From positions 10,106,001-10,170,000 of the forward strand of contig OZ024766.1 of NCBI GenBank assembly GCA_964016885.1: a stretch of DNA of 64,000 nt. Reading direction: 5' to 3'. Position numbers and translations under genes: made by a program. How positions within the stretch are numbered: position 1 is the stretch's first letter; every line of letters starts with the position of its first letter. Shown here piece after piece: positions 56,753-64,000 of the stretch. The notes under the pieces were generated by a model. That model had not been told where the DNA came from. It worked only from the letters and a program-made list of their open reading frames with translations, and did no database searches. The DNA comes from Eledone cirrhosa. Lineage: Eukaryota.

Positions 56753-56943
56753 TGGATTGGCAGTATCGGTAGAGGGTCGGACGCCATGCTTTGAAGCACA
56801 GAGTTACCTCCCTTTATGATCTAAGTTCAGATCCCGCCGAGGTTAACTTTGCCTTTCATCCTTACAGGGTCGATAAAATAAAGTACCAGTAATGCACCGG
56901 GGTAATTGCTGGCTGGCCTTGTGCCAAAAGTAGAAACAATTAT
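56753..56943 (+). mobile_element. SINE family 2 copy
   Basis: Colinear with 4428-4620. Confidence 0.8.
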
Positions 56944-57067
56944 AAAATTAAATCAATTTGTTTAGAACTACAAGTGCAGTCATTCTTTTCCTTTTTTTCA
57001 AATATATCTAACTGTACCAAGGATCTCACACATTTTCCAACATATCATCATCATCATCATCATCATC

Positions 57068-57103
<36 letters not shown>

Positions 57104-57110
<7 letters not shown>

Positions 57111-57936
57111 ATGAAATCGAAAATGCAACTGGAGTCTTTTTAAGTATATTTATTTGGTTCCTTTACCGGTTTCACAGTTCTTATGCTTTTTCAAAAGTAG
57201 AATTGAGATGGAGGGTTTGTGGTTTTTCTCGCATCTGATGCGAGAAAAACCACAGACCCTCCATCTCAATTCTACTTTTGAAAAAGCATAAGAACTGCGG
57301 GAAAAACCACAGACCCTCCATCCAATTCTACTTTTGAAAAAGCATAAGAACTGCGAGAAAAACCACAGACCCTCCATCTCAATTCTACTTTTGAAAAAGC
57401 ATAAGAACTGCAAGAAAAACCACAGACCCTCCATCTCAATTCTACTTTTGAAAAAGCATAAGAACTGCGGGAAAAACCACAGACCCTCCATCTCAATTCT
57501 ACTTTTGAAAAAGCATAAAAACTGCAAGAAAAACCACAGACCCTCCATCTCAATTCTACTTTTGAAAAAGCATAAGAACTGCGGGAAAAACCACAAACCC
57601 TCCATCTCAATTCTACTTTTGAAAAAGCATAAAAACTGCAAGAAAAACCACAGACCCTCCATCTCAATTCTACTTTTGAAAAAGCATAAGAACTGCGGGC
57701 AAAACCACAGACCCTCCATCTCAATTCTACTTTTGAAAAAGCATAAGAACTGCGAGAAAAACCACAGACCCTCCATACAATTCTACTTTTGAAAAAGCAT
57801 AAGAACTGTGAGAAAAACCACAGACCCTCCATCTCAATTCTACTTTTGACAAAGCATAAGAACGGTGAAACCGGTAAAGGAACCAAATAAATATTTTAAA
57901 AAAGACTCCAGTTGCATTTTCGATTTCATCTTTTTT
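57104..57936. repeat. Foldback element with a 57-bp tandem expansion (~11 copies) in the right arm
   Basis: Outer arms aaaaaagatgaaatcgaaaatgcaac / gttgcattttcgatttcatctttttt; centre ctcgcatc-t-gatgcgag. Confidence 0.92.
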
Positions 57937-58040
57937 CCTTATACTTTCACACGTGTAGGGCACCTCGTTTTTTTTTCATTTTTGAAAAAAACCTCATTTT
58001 CTTATACCCACGCTAGCGTGGAAAGTGGACGTTAAACGAA

Positions 58041-58073
<33 letters not shown>

Positions 58074-58698
58074 ATATATATATATATATAAATATATAAA
58101 TGAGAGGTATAGAAATTGTTGTAGCGAGAAGCTAACAGTATTCCATAACATATATGCGACTATAGCGTCAAAATGGGAAAAATAGTTAACGTAAGATGTG
58201 GGAAAAATAATTCAAACTTATCTCAAAGAGAATCAGGATATAAATTCATCCACAGAATTTAGTGAAATCCAGGGAAAAATCAATAGAGCCTTAACTCATG
58301 ATAAAATAAAGTCTAAAATACTCATCCTTCAATTTGGAATAACATCAAATGCTCTGTATAGTCTTTAAGACTATTTCATGAAAACTTTCAGTGGAGATGG
58401 TCACGGTTGGATTCCAATCGTCAGCAGAGCTCAACTCGATAACAAGGACTCTCACAGATTTATATGCCAAAAAGGGAATTTTAAAACTGGCTAGTTCACC
58501 ATCATGCGTGATTATGAAAAACGCACATGAGGAAAAACAGGGCTAGTGACGTCATATACATATATATATAATAAGTGACGTCATATACATATATATATAA
58601 TAAGTGAGGTCATATACATATATATATAAGTTGACGGACCCAGCAGAGGTATCAATGCTAGAACCAGTTGTATCTCAGCGTACTCAATAGGTAATATA

Positions 58699-58736
<38 letters not shown>

Positions 58737-58924
58737 AATACATATATATAAATACATAAATATATTTTTCACCTCAATCTGTCAAGCCTTTTTCTTTTTT
58801 TTTCTTTTTTTCTTCCTTTTCCTTTTTCTTATTCTCTTTCTCTATCCACTCTTTGAACACCGCCACCACCAACACCACATGCTCTCTCTCTCTTTCTCTG
58901 CCACCACCACCACCAATACTAAAC

Positions 58925-59965
58925 TATCTCTCTCTCTCTCTCTCTAATCTCTCCTTTTCTCTTGTACCCCCCTCCCTTTCCCCTCTCTTTCCTTTTCTCC
59001 TTCCCTCTCTCTTTTTCCTTCTCTCCTCTACCTCTACTCCATCCTCTCCTCCACCTATCCCTCTCTCCCCCCTCTCTCTCTTTCCTTCTCTCCTTCCCTC
59101 TCTCCCTCTCTTCTCTCCTTTGTTCTTTCTCTTTCTCTCTCCATCCCTCTCTCCTCTCTCTCTCCCTCTCTCTCATCTTTCCTTCTCCTCTACCTCTACT
59201 CACCACTCCATCCTCTCCTCCACCTCTCTCTCTTTCCTCTCCCTCACCTCTCCACCTCCACCTCTCTCTTTCCTCTCTCTCCTCTCCTCCACCTCTCTCT
59301 CTTTCCTCTCTCTTCTCTCCTCCACCTCACCTCTCCTCCATCTCTTTCCTCTCTCTCACCTCTCCACCTCTCTCTCACCTCTCCTCCACCTCTCACCTCT
59401 CCTCTCCTCCACCTCTCTCTCCTCCACCTCCACCTCTCTCTCCTCTCCTCCACCTCTCTCACCTCTCCACCTCCACCTCTCTCTCACCTCCACCTCTCTC
59501 TCTCACCTCCACCTCTCTCTCTCTCTTTCCTCTCTCCTCTCCTCCGTCTCTCTCTCTCCTCTCACCTCTCCACCTCCACCTCTCCTCTCCACTTCTCCCT
59601 CTCCTCCTCTCCTCCACCTCTCTCTCTCTCCTCTCTCTCACCTCTCCTCTCCACCTCTCTCTCACCTCTCCACCTCCACCTCTCTTTCCTCTCTCTCACC
59701 TCTCCACCTCCACCTCTCTCTCACCTCTCCACCTCTCTCTCCTCTCTCTCACCTCTCCACCTCCACCTCTCTCTCCTCTCTCTCACCTCTCCACCTCCAC
59801 CTCTCTCTCCTCTCTCTCACCTCTCCACCTCCACCTCTCTCTCCTCTCTCTCACCTCTCCACCTCTCTCTCTCACCTCTCTCTTTCCTCTCTCTCACCTC
59901 TCCACCTCCACCTCTCCTCTCCTCCTCCACCTCTCTCTCTCTCCTCTCTCTCACCTCTCCTCTCC
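58925..59965. repeat. ~1-kb pyrimidine-rich (CT/CCT/CAC) tract directly upstream of exon G2
   Basis: Directly visible. Confidence 0.92.
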
Positions 59966-59969
59966 ACAG

Positions 59970-60052
59970 GTATAAATTCACAGGAATTAACCGGAAGGTC
60001 CAACTGAAATACCAACCCTATGGCTACAATCAAAGCAGCAGTATGGAACAGG
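59970..60052 (+). CDS. PPIP5K: PPIP5K exon G2, duplicated and probably mutually exclusive with G1: (M)YKFTGINRKVQLKYQPYGYNQSSSMEQ
   Basis: Long pyrimidine tract then tctccacag, donor gtaaat; 83 nt, phase 2-1 like G1; 17/27 aa identical to G1 by manual alignment. Confidence 0.82.
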
Positions 60053-60092
60053 GTAAATTCTCATGGTCCTTCTTCCCCCACTACATCTATCC

Positions 60093-60131
<39 letters not shown>

Positions 60132-60357
60132 ATACATCATCATCATCTTCTTAATACTACCACCACTACTACATCTACCTAGCCATCCCCCCATCTCTCT
60201 CTCTCTCTCTCTTTCAGTGGAGATGGTCACGGTTGGATTCCAATCGTCAGCAGAGCTCAACTCGATAACCAGGACTCTCTCTCGTATACATCATCATCAT
60301 CATCATCATCATCTTCTTAACACTACCACCACTACTACACCTACCTAGCCATCCCCC

Positions 60358-60388
<31 letters not shown>

Positions 60389-60549
60389 GTATACATCATC
60401 ATCATCATCATCATCATCTTCTTAACACTACTACCACCACTACATCTACCTAGCCCCCCCCCTCTCTCTTTTGTATACATCATCATCATAATTTGTCATC
60501 ATCATCATCTTATTAACACTACTACCACTACTACTACCACTACTACTAT

Positions 60550-60581
<32 letters not shown>

Positions 60582-60582
60582 T

Positions 60583-60621
<39 letters not shown>

Positions 60622-60854
60622 CGCTACTTCCACTACTACTATCACCACTACCACTACTACTACTACTACCACCACTACTTCTACTACTACTACTACTACC
60701 ACCACCACCACTACTACTACTACTACCACCACTACTTCTACTACTACTACTACTACCACCACCACCACTACTACGACTACTACTACTACCATGAATGTGC
60801 ATTGCTACAGACAAACACACACACTCATATCTATTAGTTTAGGTGTGTATATAT

Positions 60855-60906
<52 letters not shown>

Positions 60907-60919
60907 CTTGATGTCTGTC

Positions 60920-62165
60920 TATTTCTCTCTCTCTCTCACAACACTAACACCAGCATGAACACCACCACATCTCTTTCTCCTCTCTCTACTGCTCTCTCTC
61001 TCTCTTTCTCTCTTTCCCTCTCTCTCGTACTCTCTCTCTCCGTCTAGTACTCTCTCTTTCTTTAGTACTCTCTAGTGCTCTCTTTATCTCTCTCTCTCTC
61101 TCCTTCTCTAGTACTCTCTCTAATACTCTCTCTCTCTAGTACTCTCTCTCACTCTCTCTCTCTCACAACACTAACACCAGCATGAACACCACCACATCTT
61201 TCTCCTCTCTCTCGTGCTCTCTCTCTCTCTCTCTCTCTGTCTAGTACTCTCTTTCTCTCTAGTACTCTCTAGTGTTCTCTCTCTCTCTCTCCCTCTCTCT
61301 TGTACTCTCTCTCTGTCTAGTACTCTCTTTCTCTAGTACTCTCTCTAGTGCTCTCTCTCTCTCTCTCTCTCTCTCACAACATAACACCAGCATGAACACC
61401 ACCACATCTTTCTCCTCTCTCTCTCTCTCTCTCTGTCTAGTACTCTCTTTCTCTCTAGTGCTCTCTCTCTCTCTGTCTAGTACTCTCTTTCTCTCTAGTG
61501 CTCTCTCTCTCTCTCTGTCTAGTACTCTCTTTCTCTCTAGTGCTCTCTCTCTCTCTCTCTCTCTGTCTAGTACTCTCTTTCTCTCTAGTACTCTCTCTAG
61601 TGCTCTCACTCTCTCACAACATAACACCAGCATGAACAACACCACATCTTTCTCCTCTCTCTCCCTCTCTCTGTCTAGTACTCTCTCTCTCTAGTACTCT
61701 CTCTCTCACTCTCTCTCTGTCTAGTACTCTCTTTCTCTAGTATTCTCTCTAGTGCTCTCTCTCTCACTCTCTCTCTGTCTAGTACTCTCTTTCTCTAGTA
61801 CTCTCTCTAGTGCTCTCTCTCTCACTCTCTCTCTGTCTAGTACTCTCTTTCTCTAGTACTCTCTCTCTCTCTCTCTCTCTCTCTGTCTAGTACTCTCTTT
61901 CTCTAGTACTCTCTCTAGTGCTCTCTCTCTCACTCTCTCTGTTTAGTACTCTCTTTCTCTAGTACTCTCTCTCTCTCTCTGTCTAGTACTCTCTTTCTCT
62001 AGTACTCTCTCTAGTGCTCTCTCTCTCACTCTCTCACAACATAACACCAGCATGAACACCACCACATCTTTCTCCTCTCTCTAGTGCTCTCTCTCTCTCA
62101 CCCTCTCTCTTGTACTCTCTCTCTCTCTGTCTAGTACTCTCTTTCTCTAGTACTCTCTCTGTCTA

Positions 62166-62200
<35 letters not shown>

Positions 62201-62277
62201 ACTAACACCAGCATGAACAACACCACATCTCTCTCTCTCTGATCACAATCACTCTCTCTGTATCATACAAACTCACA

Positions 62278-62308
<31 letters not shown>

Positions 62309-62820
62309 ACTCTCCCTCTCCCTCTGCATTGCATGCATTACTCTCTCTCTCTCTGATCACAATCACTCTCTCTTTGTATCATACTCACTCACCCTCTCTC
62401 TTTCTGTATTGCACTCTCTCTGTCTCTCTCTCTTTTGCACTCATTCTGTCATTCTCTCTCTCTCACTCTCCCTCTCTCTCTGCATTGCATGTATTACTCT
62501 CTCTCTCTCTCTCTGATCACAATCACTCTCTCTTTGTATCATACTCACTCACCCTCTCTCTTTCTGTATTGCACTCTCTCTGTCTCTCTCTCTCTCTCTC
62601 TTGCACTCATTCTGTCATTCTCTCTCTCTCTTTCTCTCTCTGAAATACTCTCTCTACTTGTGCTACTCTCCCTCTCTCTCTCTCTCTATATATATATATG
62701 TGTGTCTATAGCACACTCTCCCTCTCTCTCTCTCTACCTGAACTATTCTCTCACTCTCTCTCTCTCTCTATATATATATATGTGTGTCTATAGCACACTC
62801 TCCCCCTCTCTCTATCTCTG
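60920..62820. repeat. CT-rich compound minisatellite (ctagtactctct units)
   Basis: Recurrent ctagtactctc and aacaccagcatgaacaccaccacatc. Confidence 0.88.
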
Positions 62821-62857
62821 TCTGTGTGTCTCAGTGTGTTTCTTTCTTTTTATACAG

Positions 62858-62862
62858 AACCT
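62858..62862 (+). CDS. Candidate 5-nt microexon AACCT of PPIP5K (encodes E-P)
   Basis: tttctttctttttatacag|AACCT|gtgagt. G from G1/G2 plus AA gives Glu, then CCT Pro, matching the E-P expected before SLLLxLKWGG. Confidence 0.4.
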
Positions 62863-62932
62863 GTGAGTTATATTTATTACTTTTCATACCAGATAGACTA
62901 TATATATATATATGTGTGTATATATCTATCTA

Positions 62933-62965
<33 letters not shown>

Positions 62966-63258
62966 GTGTATATATATACATATCTATGCATATATATATG
63001 TCTATATATATATATTGCATTGTAACATAAATTCCCGCCGTTGTTATAAAACTTCTTAATAAAAAAACGGCAGGAATTTATGTTACAACCCAATACATAC
63101 ATATATATATATATAAATGAAATATATATGTATGTATGTATGTATATATATATATATATATATATATACATACACACACACGCATATATAAAGTTTAATA
63201 TAGAAATGGCTTCTACAGGACTAAAACTGTTTCATTCAAAAGAAATCATCAGGAAAGC

Positions 63259-63305
63259 TTTCCTGATGATTTCTTTTGAATGAAACAGTTTTAGTCCTGT
63301 AGAAG
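63259..63305 (+). ncRNA. Hammerhead motif in a perfect 134-bp palindrome (identical copy on - strand)
   Basis: tttc-CTGATGA-tttcttttgaat-GAAA-cag ttttagtc ctg-TA-gaag; palindrome spans 63191-63324. Confidence 0.68.
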
Positions 63306-63385
63306 CCATTTCTATATTAAACTTGATGTTTACACTCTACTAATGTATTGAGTACCTTACTAACTGTGGTTGAGCCTGGGACTCG

Positions 63386-63426
<41 letters not shown>

Positions 63427-63503
63427 GTATATATATATATGTGTATATATATATATATGTATATATATGTATATATATGTATATATATGTATATGTATAC
63501 ATA

Positions 63504-63544
<41 letters not shown>

Positions 63545-63967
63545 GTATATATATATTATATATATATATGTATATATATGTATATATATATTATATATAT
63601 ATATGTATATAATATATGTATATATATTATATATATATATGTATATATATGTATATATATATTATATATATATATGTATATATATGTATATATATATTAT
63701 ATATATATATGTATATATATGTATATATATATTATATATATATATGTATATATATTATATATGTATATATATTATATATATATATATGTATATATATTAT
63801 ATATGTATATATATTATATATGTATATATATTATATATATATATGTATATATATTATATATATATATGTATATATATTATATATATATATATATATGTAT
63901 ATATATTATATATATATATGTATATATATTATATATATATATATATATGTATATATATTATATATAC

Positions 63968-64000
<33 letters not shown>

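Noticed and set aside
58386-58450. Minus-strand CTGACGA...GAAA (also near 60212-60275) as a hammerhead
   Set aside because: Stems I and III do not pair convincingly; it looks like a short duplicated repeat fragment.

Overview
Eukaryotic, very AT-rich, microsatellite-saturated DNA; the repeat types suggest an octopus/cephalopod genome (inference). The only host gene I can support is the middle of a + strand PPIP5K/VIP1 (bifunctional inositol pyrophosphate kinase/phosphatase) gene. Seven GT-AG exons from 21282 to 45698 splice in frame across the kinase C-terminus and the RHGDRTP phosphatase motif. A diverged duplicate of the last exon lies at 59970-60052 with identical splice phases, so the two look mutually exclusive, and a candidate 5-nt microexon follows at 62858-62862. 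The introns hold RTE-clade LINE fragments, two SINE families, a Tc2/pogo-like MITE and many minisatellites. The most striking non-coding pattern is a set of foldback palindromes and solo fragments from several divergent families, each carrying a type I hammerhead-ribozyme-like fold (CUGANGA...GAAA-short, often palindromic stem III-UA), always back-to-back in the palindromes, as expected for Penelope-like element derivatives. Almost all long ORFs in the supplied track are repeat artefacts. All folds and alignments were read by eye.
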